Sequence record: NC_105863.1 | Reading direction: 5' to 3' (one strand) | Length of the DNA stretch: 41,222 bases | Origin: a phage | Shown: positions 18,317 to 27,099 of the stretch, in pieces | How positions within the stretch are numbered: the first letter of the stretch is position 1 | Layout of the letters: each line of letters begins with the position of its first letter | Notes under the pieces: model-generated | Databases searched by the model: none | Seen by the model: only the letters and a program-made list of their open reading frames with translations | Told to the model about the DNA's origin: nothing | Program-made: the position numbers and the translations under genes

Positions 18317-20862
18317 TCCTGCACTACACGCGAAACGCTGATGGCGCTTTCGACCGTACAAAACACGTCGGGATGCCGATGGAGTTTGTCGTTAACCGTA
18401 TCCCGGACGGCGTGCCGGTGCGCGTCTACCTGGGCGAGATTGGCGATGATACTGATGTCACCGACGACTTCGACGCGCTTAAAGATGAAGACGCTGTGTA
18501 CCACATTATTGAGGGTGCGGGTAGCGGGGCGCTCGGTGCGGTTAGTAAGGTGTTTGGTTTTATCCTTAAGCCAATCGCCAAGTTGTTTGGGTTGAACATG
18601 TCCGCAAACGCCAACTACACGGCGACTAACAACCAGACAACATCGCCTAATAACAGTCTCACAGACCGCTCAAACAAACCACGCCCTTACGAGCGCTCTT
18701 ATGACATCTGCGGGACTGTGCAGACAATCCCTAACGACCTGATGCAGACGTATAAAGCGTTCAACTCCACGGGTGCTTTGCTGGAGTATTCGTATTATGA
18801 CGCGGGGCGTGGGCATCTGCATATTGAGGCTGATGGCGTAACGGAAGGCGACACCCTGATAAGCGACATCACAGGTTCTTCTGTTGCCGTATACGCGCCG
18901 TATACTTCCCCGAACAACACCGCATCGCCGCAACTACAAATCGGCGACGTCGTTGACCAGAAACTCTATGTGACATACTCCAACGACGACGTTGACGGTA
19001 TTGTGCTGAAAGCACCAAACGACATCGGAGCTAACCCAAGCTCCGACGGCACCGCCAAACGTATTTCAAACACCGGCTACATTTATGACCCGTCGGGTGA
19101 CTCTGCTTTTTCTGAGTTTCTTAGCGTCGGTGATGTCGCAGTGTTGAGCAATTTCGACGTTGCTGATGTCACTAACCTGAACGGCTCGTTTGAAGTTTTA
19201 TACGTCGACGACTTCGAAGTAAGATTAGCGGTAAACAGTGCGTCTAACTGGGCAGCGTTGACCAGCGGGCAGACGTACACGTTAACAGAGCGTTCAGATA
19301 CGTTTATGGGCCCGAGCAACACCTATGACGTATCCCTTACCGACTGGTATTACATGGTGCGCGGAGAAGTTGACCGAGTACTTGCTAACGTTGCCGGGCA
19401 GAACGGCCTCTACAAATACGACGGCGGCTATAATCGCACCAGCGTAACGGTAGAACTCCAGTACCAGATGATTGACTCTCGGCGCAACCCATTGAGCGAT
19501 ATTTACACAGTACAGGCTACAATTACCGGTAATAGCACGGATTACGTCGGTACGTCTATCTACGGGCAATTGCCTACTGCATCGCGTTTCCGCGCCCGTA
19601 TGCGCCGTATAACGAATTTTGATAAGGACTATAACGGTACAGTAAGCGACGAGATAACCTTCATCAACCTGTACGGGCAGTCGCTGGACACAACCCCACA
19701 CTACGGCAACCGAACTACCGTGCATTGCGCACGTAAACAGACGCCGCGTGCCGCCAGTATCGACAACCCAGAACTGCGCATGATTGCGACCGAGATGTGC
19801 TACAAATATCTAGGTAATGGGGTATTCGACCCAGTAATGACGCCTAATACACAGGCGGTGCAGTCGCTAATCAGACTGGCGCGTGACCCGGCGGTTGGTA
19901 ATCTGGAGCTGACAACGGCAAACATGGACAAGTTACTCGCCGTGCAGGAAGAGATTGAATCTTATTTTGGCAGCGAATTAGCCGGGCAATTCTGCTACAC
20001 GTTCGACGACTACGACACGACGATGCAGGACATTGTTCAGACCATAGCTGAAGCCGTGTTCTGTACTGCGTACCGTAAAGGCGCGGACATTATGCTGCGT
20101 TTCGACCGTCCGGTTGCAGGGCCTGAAATGGTGTTCACCCACCGTAGTAAGACGACCGGTACGGAGAAATGGACCCGCACGTTCAACGATTCTACGACCT
20201 ACGATAGCCTGTCGTTCTCGTACATCGACCCGGATACGAACGTACAGGAAACGATTTATATCCCGGAAGAACTCGGTGCAAATACGGAGGAATACGAATC
20301 AAAGGGCGTGCGTAACTACCAACAGGCATACTGGCTGGCGTGGCGTCGCTACCAACGCAATGTGTTAAGTAAAGTTGTCGTAGAGTTCGAAGCTACTGAA
20401 GAGGGTGCGCTCGCCACACCCGGCGGCGTAATCAGCGTGGTTAAAGGTTCACGTATTGCGCCACAGGACGGCTATGTTGTTGCCGTTAATGGGCTTACGC
20501 TGACGCTGTCACAGCCCATTACGTTTACCCCCGGCGATGACCACTCCATCATTCTTAAGAAACGCGACGGCTCGGTGCAGAGTATCTCTGTTATCAAAGG
20601 AAGCCACGACCGCGAAGTGATTATGCTCTCCGCGCCGGAAGAAGCAATCTACACGGGGAATAGCGCACTAAAAACTGAGTTTTCATTCGGCAACGAAGCA
20701 AGGCATAATGCTCAGAAGATAGTTGTTTCTTCAATCGACCCTGGCGACGACCGCACGGTCAAGATTACTGGCTACAACTATGACGACGGATTCTACAAAT
20801 ACGACGGCGTCGCGCCATACGGCAGCGGTTTCTCCGACGGATTCAGCAATGGTTTTAATTAA
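18307..20862 (+). CDS. tail tip / host specificity protein (J-like central fibre protein)
   Basis: 851-aa ORF after minor tail genes; TTG start at 18307 with RBS GGAGA 8 nt upstream; size and position typical of siphovirus tip protein. Confidence 0.55.
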   Translation: MAIILHYTRNADGAFDRTKHVGMPMEFVVNRIPDGVPVRVYLGEIGDDTDVTDDFDALKDEDAVYHIIEGAGSGALGAVSKVFGFILKPIAKLFGLNMSANANYTATNNQTTSPNNSLTDRSNKPRPYERSYDICGTVQTIPNDLMQTYKAFNSTGALLEYSYYDAGRGHLHIEADGVTEGDTLISDITGSSVAVYAPYTSPNNTASPQLQIGDVVDQKLYVTYSNDDVDGIVLKAPNDIGANPSSDGTAKRISNTGYIYDPSGDSAFSEFLSVGDVAVLSNFDVADVTNLNGSFEVLYVDDFEVRLAVNSASNWAALTSGQTYTLTERSDTFMGPSNTYDVSLTDWYYMVRGEVDRVLANVAGQNGLYKYDGGYNRTSVTVELQYQMIDSRRNPLSDIYTVQATITGNSTDYVGTSIYGQLPTASRFRARMRRITNFDKDYNGTVSDEITFINLYGQSLDTTPHYGNRTTVHCARKQTPRAASIDNPELRMIATEMCYKYLGNGVFDPVMTPNTQAVQSLIRLARDPAVGNLELTTANMDKLLAVQEEIESYFGSELAGQFCYTFDDYDTTMQDIVQTIAEAVFCTAYRKGADIMLRFDRPVAGPEMVFTHRSKTTGTEKWTRTFNDSTTYDSLSFSYIDPDTNVQETIYIPEELGANTEEYESKGVRNYQQAYWLAWRRYQRNVLSKVVVEFEATEEGALATPGGVISVVKGSRIAPQDGYVVAVNGLTLTLSQPITFTPGDDHSIILKKRDGSVQSISVIKGSHDREVIMLSAPEEAIYTGNSALKTEFSFGNEARHNAQKIVVSSIDPGDDRTVKITGYNYDDGFYKYDGVAPYGSGFSDGFSNGFN

Positions 20863-20874
20863 AGAGGACTCTAT

Positions 20875-23829
20875 ATGTCAAGCGGATGCGGTGACGTTTT
20901 AAGCCTGGCGGATTTACAAACCGCCAAGAAACATCAGATTTTCGAGGCCGAGGTTATCACTGGCAAATCCGGCGGTGTCGCCGGTGGTGCCGATATTGAT
21001 TACGCGACAAATCAGGTTACTGGACAGACCCAGAAGACGTTACCTGCCGTGTTGCGTGATGCTGGTTTTAAACTGGCAGATTTTGATTTCACGTCAGGCG
21101 GTACACTATCCGCTAACGACCGAAACACCGCAGTTTTGTGGCCGTCGTCCTCTGGCGGTGACGGGGATTGGTACTATTGGTTGGGTGCTCTACCAAAAAT
21201 TATCCCAGCGTCATCCTCCCCGCAGTCCACCGGTGGCGTGGCAGATGGGGCGTGGCAGCCTGTCGGGTCGGTCATACTGCGGCAGCAAATATCTGATGTA
21301 AACGGTGCAATTCTGTACCCAGATTTACATGTGGCGCGATGGAAGGACGAATACGACCCGCGCGCATGGGGCGCCGTGGGCGACGGCGTAACTGATGATA
21401 CTCAATCTATTTTTAATGTATTAGCAGCTTCCCCCAACAATTGGATTATAGACGGCAGGGGTTTGACTTATAAAGTTTCCCAATTACCTGACATTAGTAA
21501 ATTTAAGAATGCTGCATTCGTTTACGAGCGCGTAGCCGGGCAACCGCTTACTTATGTAGCTGATGGCTTCTTTAACGGCTCACTAACTAAGGTGACGGAT
21601 ACCCCGTTCTACAACGCATGGACGCAGGATAAAACTTTCGTCTACGACCATGTTATTTACGCCCCGTTTATGGCGGGCGAACGACATGGTGTTCAAAACT
21701 TACATGTAGCTTGGGTTCGCTCTGGAGACGACGGGCAGACTTGGTCAATGCCTGAGTGGTTGACTCCAATCCATGCTGACTATAATGCTAGTGTTTCTAC
21801 GAACAGAGTTAACTACCACTGCATGAGCATGGGTACGTGCGGCAACCGATTATATGCAGTTATAGAAACCCGCTACTTATCTAATATGCGGATGAAGAAG
21901 GCAGAACTTTGGTCACGCCCAATGCCGTATTTTAGACACCCAACCGGCGGAATAACTATTAGTTCTGGCTCCACTACTGCTACCATTGTTATAGAAAATC
22001 ATGGCCTAAAAGCAGGAGATGCGGTTAACTTCTCTAATACATCGGCAACTGGCGTATCGGGTAATATGACGGTTGCGTCTATAATTAACCGAAATACGTT
22101 CACTGTTACGCTCTCAAGCCCTGCGAGTTCCACCATAAACAATGCGGGTGTTACCTGGAACTTCGCAACGCGATTCTGGGACAGCCCGTGGGAAATTACC
22201 GAATTGCCGGGGGTAGCATACTCCACTAACGCTGATTTGTGTGTCACGGAGACACATAGTTTTGCGGTTATAGATGATACTAACTACACTATCGCTGTCG
22301 GCTATCACAACGGCGATGTGTCCCCTCGGCGTCTCGGCGTCTTGTATTTTAGTAACGTGTATGACAATCCAGGCGTATTCGTTCGTCGCACTGTCGCTCA
22401 GGCATACGCTGATAACGCTTCTGAGCCGTGCGTGAAAAGTTATGGAGGTGTGCTCTACCTTACCACACGCGGCACATTACCTACTTCCCCTGGCTCTACA
22501 CTGGCGATGAGCACCGATTCAGGGCAAAACTGGAGCTACTTGCGATTTCCGAACAATGTACATCACTCCAATCTTCCGTTCGCTAAAGTAGGTGACTATC
22601 TCTACATCTTTGGTACAGAACGTGCCTTCGGCGAGTGGGAAGGTGGCGAGCAAGACAGCCGCTATGAAGGTTCGTATCCACGGACCTTTATGTGCAAAGT
22701 TAATGTGTCGTCATGGCCCTCATCTTTAGATGATGTTCAGTGGTTTAATATTACCGACCAAATATACCAGGGTCATATCGTTAACACTGCTGTCGGCGTC
22801 GGCTCGGTCTGTGTTAAAGATGGCTGGTTGTACTATATCTTTGGTGGGGAAGACTTCTTCTCTCCCTGGAGCATCGGGGATAACAGTGCGAAGTTATGGT
22901 ACAAGCATGATGGGCATCCGGCTGACTTATATAGCTACCGGATAAAGATTGAAGGCCACCCGTATGTGTCACGTGATTTCAAATACGGAGCAACTCCTAA
23001 CCGTACACTACCTGTCGCAATGGGTGTAGATGGTGTCCGTCATGTAGAAGCACCTTTGACGTTTGACAATGATATAAGCGTGTACTCCCTGCGTGTAACG
23101 GGGTTGGAATACGATGGCACACAACAGTCTGCCGTGCGTGCACGGTTTGATGGTGATTACGGGCTGATTTCAAAAACAGTCCCGACTAAAACTCCATCGG
23201 GTCAACGACTGATTGTTAGTGGCGGTGATGGCGCATCCAGTTCCGACGGTGCATTGCTGCAACTGTACGGGTCGAACCATGCAACGCCTAACAGGGCTAT
23301 TATGTATGCGTCAGGAGGCTTCTACTCATACGACAATTTCCTTCCTTACTTAGACTCGCAAGTGTCTTTAGGTTCGGCAGGTAATAGGTGGACTACGGTG
23401 TACGCGACCACCGGTACGATAAACACGTCTGATGGTACACTTAAGACGAATAAAGAGGAAATTGAGGGACAACTCCTTACCGCATGGGAGGATATACATG
23501 TAATATCTTTTAAGTGGCTTGAAAGCCTAGCAATCAAGGGTGACACTGCAAGGATACACTTCGGTGTGATAGCCCAAGATGTGCGAGACATCTTGGTCAA
23601 CCATGGGCTTATGGAGAAAGATTCTACCGATTGTAAATATGCTTTCTTGTGCTACGACCCAATTGAAGCTGCGTATGATATTGATGAAGATGGCCAGACT
23701 GTACAAGTATCCCCTCCCGGCGGCAGATGGGGGGTTAGGGCGGACCAGATGTTCTTCATAGAGATTGCCTATCAGCGTAAGAAGATGCGCGAGTTCGAGA
23801 AGAGGCTGGCAGCACTAGAAGATAAATAA
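20875..23829 (+). CDS. tailspike / capsule depolymerase with C-terminal intramolecular chaperone (peptidase S74-like) domain
   Basis: 984 aa; two Asp-box (BNR) motifs SGDDGQTW and STDSGQNW; GAVGDGVTDDT motif typical of beta-helix glycosidases; C-terminal segment from about 23428 (TSDGTLKTNKEEIEGQ..) resembles the auto-cleaving chaperone of endosialidase/tail-fibre proteins. Confidence 0.75.
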   Translation: MSSGCGDVLSLADLQTAKKHQIFEAEVITGKSGGVAGGADIDYATNQVTGQTQKTLPAVLRDAGFKLADFDFTSGGTLSANDRNTAVLWPSSSGGDGDWYYWLGALPKIIPASSSPQSTGGVADGAWQPVGSVILRQQISDVNGAILYPDLHVARWKDEYDPRAWGAVGDGVTDDTQSIFNVLAASPNNWIIDGRGLTYKVSQLPDISKFKNAAFVYERVAGQPLTYVADGFFNGSLTKVTDTPFYNAWTQDKTFVYDHVIYAPFMAGERHGVQNLHVAWVRSGDDGQTWSMPEWLTPIHADYNASVSTNRVNYHCMSMGTCGNRLYAVIETRYLSNMRMKKAELWSRPMPYFRHPTGGITISSGSTTATIVIENHGLKAGDAVNFSNTSATGVSGNMTVASIINRNTFTVTLSSPASSTINNAGVTWNFATRFWDSPWEITELPGVAYSTNADLCVTETHSFAVIDDTNYTIAVGYHNGDVSPRRLGVLYFSNVYDNPGVFVRRTVAQAYADNASEPCVKSYGGVLYLTTRGTLPTSPGSTLAMSTDSGQNWSYLRFPNNVHHSNLPFAKVGDYLYIFGTERAFGEWEGGEQDSRYEGSYPRTFMCKVNVSSWPSSLDDVQWFNITDQIYQGHIVNTAVGVGSVCVKDGWLYYIFGGEDFFSPWSIGDNSAKLWYKHDGHPADLYSYRIKIEGHPYVSRDFKYGATPNRTLPVAMGVDGVRHVEAPLTFDNDISVYSLRVTGLEYDGTQQSAVRARFDGDYGLISKTVPTKTPSGQRLIVSGGDGASSSDGALLQLYGSNHATPNRAIMYASGGFYSYDNFLPYLDSQVSLGSAGNRWTTVYATTGTINTSDGTLKTNKEEIEGQLLTAWEDIHVISFKWLESLAIKGDTARIHFGVIAQDVRDILVNHGLMEKDSTDCKYAFLCYDPIEAAYDIDEDGQTVQVSPPGGRWGVRADQMFFIEIAYQRKKMREFEKRLAALEDK

Positions 23830-23830
23830 A

Positions 23831-23857
23831 ACTAAGGCCCCAAACGGGGCCTTTTCT
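23831..23857 (+). terminator. rho-independent terminator (AAGGCCCCAAACGGGGCCTTTTCT)
   Basis: 8-bp stem hairpin plus T-run directly after tailspike stop. Confidence 0.65.
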
Positions 23858-23995
23858 CTACTCTTCGGATAACTTTTCCAGTACAAACGCCAGTTGCGCA
23901 TTAGCGGCGTCTCTTTGCTGCCGTAGTCGCAGAACCTCTTCTTCTAGTTCCTTGATACGTTTTTGCAATGCTGGAATCGGGGCTATGATGTTCAT
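23858..23995 (-). CDS. small coiled-coil protein (45 aa), translationally coupled to helicase
   Basis: ATG at 23995 overlaps helicase TGA (ATGA); sequence MNIIAPIPALQKRIKELEEEVLRLRQQRDAANAQLAFVLEKLSEE; below ORF-track cutoff. Confidence 0.3.
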   Translation of the reverse strand: MNIIAPIPALQKRIKELEEEVLRLRQQRDAANAQLAFVLEKLSEE

Positions 23996-25416
23996 TTCTT
24001 ACCTCTTCTCTTCATATAATTAAGCAATTCTTCCTGGACCGATTTCTTCTCGTCTGTACGCGCGGCAACAACCTCGTCAAGAGTGTCTTTAGCGACTATG
24101 TGATAAAGGAACACCGGGCGCTCGTGGCCAGCCTGTTTCTGGCGGACCGGGCCTATACGCTCGACAACCTGCAAATAGTGCTCAAGATTCCAGCCTTGCG
24201 AAATAAACGCCAGATGATGCCCGCCGTCCTGTAAATTCAAACCATGCCCGGCTGACGCCGGGTGCACGCATAAGATTTCGATTTCGCCACGGTTCCACGC
24301 TTCCATCTGCTTATTACCCTTCGCACCTTTGGCGAACGCCTGCGCCTGCGGGAATCGCTTAAGGATGCGCTCCAGTTCATGCTTAAACTGATAAGCCACA
24401 AGTAACGGTGCGCCCTGTAACTCCTCGACAATGGACTCGAGCGCATCCAGTTTCGTATCGTGCACTTTCTCCCAGTCTTTCGTTGCCTCACCGTCCGGCC
24501 CTGACACATATACGGCGCCGGATGCAATCTGCAAACACTTTGACGTCTTCGCTGCGGCGTTAGCCGCTTCTACTTCCCCGCTCTCCAGTTCCGCGAATAA
24601 CTTCTCCTCCATATCGATGTACGCCTGGCGTGCTTTCTTCGGCAGGTCTATTTCAACCGGTACGATAATCGGCGCTTCGCAACCGAACCACTCGGCAGCG
24701 TCAATCGTGAGACTAATGTCTTTCATCTTCTGATGAATTTCATTATCTGCACCCGGTCGCGCATGATACTCTCGCGCCATCGCCGACTTACCTTTCTGGA
24801 CAGAGTTAAACCATCGGTCGGTGAATGCCGTGTATGAAGAACCGAGGCGCTCGCCTGCGTCGATAAACCAGTTCTGACCCCACAAGTCTTTGAGGCCGTT
24901 CGGTGACGGCGTACCAGTAAGGTTGATGAAACGCTTAACCTTACCGAATGCCACTTTACTAAGCGCCTTTGCCCGCTTGCTGCCACCTGAACGGCTACGG
25001 AAAGATTTCAGTTTCGTGCTTTCATCGGCAACAATAACCGTAAAAGGCCAGTCGTCTTTGCCGTAGTAGTCAATCAGCCACTCGATAACTTCGTAGTTAG
25101 TGCACACCACGTTAGCATCTGACTCCAGCGCCGCGATGCGGCGTTTCTCTGAACCTGTCGCATCTACGACACGCAGGCACGGGAATCGCCATTTCTCTTG
25201 TTCTGCCGGCCATGTACCTGATGCAACGCGCAACGGGGCGAGAATTAACACGCGGTCGTCGTCCGTAAGTTGCCCGTTGCGGAACAGGCGGTTTAAAGTC
25301 CACAGGACGCTGCCAGTCTTCCCGGCGCCCATGCTCGCCCAAATATTACAGCGATGGTGCTGCAACATGAACGAGGTCATGAGCTTCTGGTATTCGCGCC
25401 TTTGAAACTTACTCAT
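23992..25416 (-). CDS. SNF2-family (superfamily 2) DNA helicase
   Basis: Walker A ASMGAGKTGS, DExx-like IVADESTKLK, C-terminal helicase motif VI-like QVVERIGPVRQ; 474 aa. Confidence 0.75.
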   Translation of the reverse strand: MSKFQRREYQKLMTSFMLQHHRCNIWASMGAGKTGSVLWTLNRLFRNGQLTDDDRVLILAPLRVASGTWPAEQEKWRFPCLRVVDATGSEKRRIAALESDANVVCTNYEVIEWLIDYYGKDDWPFTVIVADESTKLKSFRSRSGGSKRAKALSKVAFGKVKRFINLTGTPSPNGLKDLWGQNWFIDAGERLGSSYTAFTDRWFNSVQKGKSAMAREYHARPGADNEIHQKMKDISLTIDAAEWFGCEAPIIVPVEIDLPKKARQAYIDMEEKLFAELESGEVEAANAAAKTSKCLQIASGAVYVSGPDGEATKDWEKVHDTKLDALESIVEELQGAPLLVAYQFKHELERILKRFPQAQAFAKGAKGNKQMEAWNRGEIEILCVHPASAGHGLNLQDGGHHLAFISQGWNLEHYLQVVERIGPVRQKQAGHERPVFLYHIVAKDTLDEVVAARTDEKKSVQEELLNYMKRRGKK

Positions 25417-26233
25417 TTACGGCCCCCATAAACGCCTTTATAAATTCGGCGGCTACTTGCGGGACGATGGCATTGCCGTAACCGCGCAATCGTCCCACTC
25501 TGGCGGGTATCCCATTAGCCAGCGGGAATGCGCCGGGTTCAACCGGCCGGAACTTTCCATCACGGCATCCGAGCCAGTCAGCATCTGACCAGAAGCCGTG
25601 GTGCGGGTTGGTTGACTCGCTTTCAATCCCTGCTCTGTTGAGTAGTCCAGCCTGTCGAATGTTCTGTCCCTCCCGTCCGTGCGAATCACTGTCTCTCCAC
25701 TCCCTCTGAAGTCGTTCGCTGTCGGTGTAGGCCAGTTCGTGCGCGCCAAAGAAGAGTCGTTCTCTTTTGTGCGGTGCGCCGACGCTACAAGCTGGGAGTA
25801 CAGCAAACCCGACGGCGTAGTCTTCTCCTTCCAGGTGAGCTTGTAAATCGCACATCCACGATTTTGCAATTGCTGCCGCAACCTGCTCCCCAAAGATGAC
25901 TGGAGGGCGGCACTCGCTGATGAGGTCGAGGAAGACCGGCGCGAGGTGTCTCGGGTCGAACTGTCCGAGTTGCTTTCCCGCCGCGCTAAACGGTTGGCAA
26001 GGCGGGCTTCCCGTCCAGAGAGGCGCATCTTCCGGAACTCCCGCAAGTCTGAGCGCGAGAGGCCAGCCGCCGATACCCGCGAAAAAATGACACTGGGTGA
26101 ACCCGTCAAGGTCTTCTGGCTTAACTTCGGTAATGCTTCTTTCATCTACAACTCCAAAAGGTATGTGACCCTGTTTTATCAACTCACGCAGCCACGCGGC
26201 TGCGCCTTTATCCCATTCATTGTAATAGTTCAT
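25409..26233 (-). CDS. DNA (cytosine-5)-methyltransferase-like protein, compact
   Basis: Motif I FFAGIGG, motif IV PC dipeptide in [16 protein letters not shown]-like FGEQV, motif VIII-like KRERLFF, C-terminal [11 protein letters not shown]; only 274 aa so the variable/target-recognition region is unusually short. Confidence 0.65.
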   Translation of the reverse strand: MNYYNEWDKGAAAWLRELIKQGHIPFGVVDERSITEVKPEDLDGFTQCHFFAGIGGWPLALRLAGVPEDAPLWTGSPPCQPFSAAGKQLGQFDPRHLAPVFLDLISECRPPVIFGEQVAAAIAKSWMCDLQAHLEGEDYAVGFAVLPACSVGAPHKRERLFFGAHELAYTDSERLQREWRDSDSHGREGQNIRQAGLLNRAGIESESTNPHHGFWSDADWLGCRDGKFRPVEPGAFPLANGIPARVGRLRGYGNAIVPQVAAEFIKAFMGAVNE

Positions 26234-26421
26234 TTCGCCACCAGAACTAACTCTTTACGCCCGAACGCCGTAACGTTACCGGTTACATCTTCGATAACCA
26301 GTTTACCGTTCGACTCGACGAACACCGTATCAACGGCAACAGGTTGACGTGTCTTAACGTTGAAAATCATGTCACCCGGTACGATGTCACGTGCTGGTTT
26401 GCGGTCATATTCGTGTTTCAT
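26230..26421 (-). CDS. hypothetical protein (63 aa)
   Basis: ORF immediately downstream of minus-strand promoter 26455-26483; ATGA overlap with methyltransferase gene. Confidence 0.4.
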   Translation of the reverse strand: MKHEYDRKPARDIVPGDMIFNVKTRQPVAVDTVFVESNGKLVIEDVTGNVTAFGRKELVLVAK

Positions 26422-26451
26422 TTCTCAATTCCTTATATTGTTGGTGTATGA

Positions 26452-26736
26452 CTAACTATAATAGTTCGCTATTAGGTCGTCAACCTGTTTAAACGAACCA
26501 ACGACAAAAACATTCGCACCACGTTTACGCATACGCTCGTGCTCACGTAACTGGTGTGGGTCTGGCTTCGTGTTTTCGTCTTTCTTAACCTCGACGAACA
26601 AGACGATGCCGCCGGGTAGAATTACCAGCAGGTCGGGAGCGCCGGAGCGCCCCTCATAGGAAAGTTTACGAACGAGGCCGCCGATAGCCTCGAATCGCTC
26701 TTTTGCGTATTTCTGGATGCGCCCCTCTTTAGTCAT
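26452..26736 (-). CDS. VRR-NUC domain nuclease
   Basis: 94 aa; PD-(D/E)XK-type core GAPDLLVILPGGIVLFVEVKKDE characteristic of VRR-NUC proteins. Confidence 0.65.
   Translation of the reverse strand: MTKEGRIQKYAKERFEAIGGLVRKLSYEGRSGAPDLLVILPGGIVLFVEVKKDENTKPDPHQLREHERMRKRGANVFVVGSFKQVDDLIANYYS
26455..26483 (-). promoter_or_regulatory. sigma70-like promoter (TTGACG -17- TATAGT) with palindromic AACTATAATAGTT core
   Basis: Minus strand reads TTGACG, 17 bp, TATAGT; plus-strand sequence 26454-26466 is the near-perfect palindrome AACTATAATAGTT. Confidence 0.5.
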
Positions 26737-26885
26737 GGGCGCAGAATCCAGGTAATGAAAGCCCCACCTAGAACGGCGACACCGACAAACTTAAAGAACA
26801 GGCCGTAACAGAACATCGCGGCTATTCCCGCACCGAGTAACAGCGCGAGCATGGTTACTATCGTCCAAAATACAAACATTGTCAT
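26733..26885 (-). CDS. small hydrophobic membrane protein (50 aa)
   Basis: MTMFVFWTIVTMLALLLGAGIAAMFCYGLFFKFVGVAVLGGAFITWILRP; ATGA overlaps at both ends (with VRR-NUC start and preceding micro-ORF); below ORF-track cutoff. Confidence 0.35.
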   Translation of the reverse strand: MTMFVFWTIVTMLALLLGAGIAAMFCYGLFFKFVGVAVLGGAFITWILRP

Positions 26886-26971
26886 AATACGCACCCCTCA
26901 CGTTTCGTATGTTCAATACCGCAGCGCGGGCAGATTCGACAGTCTTCTTCATAAAACCAGTAAATTTTCAT
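26882..26971 (-). CDS. Cys-rich micro-protein (29 aa, possible zinc ribbon)
   Basis: MKIYWFYEEDCRICPRCGIEHTKREGCVL; CxxC-x2-C and a fourth Cys; ATGA-coupled to flanking micro-ORFs. Confidence 0.3.
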   Translation of the reverse strand: MKIYWFYEEDCRICPRCGIEHTKREGCVL

Positions 26972-27099
26972 TCCAGCACCCACAGATAAATTGCGATGAA
27001 CATGCCCAATATGGCAACCATCATGCCGTATTGACCCTCGTGACAGTAAACACCGGCGGCGAATCCAGCCAGTACCGCGATAATCAGTTTACTTGGCAT
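26968..27099 (-). CDS. small hydrophobic membrane protein (43 aa)
   Basis: MPSKLIIAVLAGFAAGVYCHEGQYGMMVAILGMFIAIYLWVLE; start overlaps 3' end of polymerase gene in another frame. Confidence 0.35.
   Translation of the reverse strand: MPSKLIIAVLAGFAAGVYCHEGQYGMMVAILGMFIAIYLWVLE

Noticed and set aside
25453-26145. 230-aa minus-strand ORF overlapping the methyltransferase gene in another frame
   Set aside because: The methyltransferase frame carries recognisable catalytic motifs; the alternative frame is Ser/Arg-rich low complexity.
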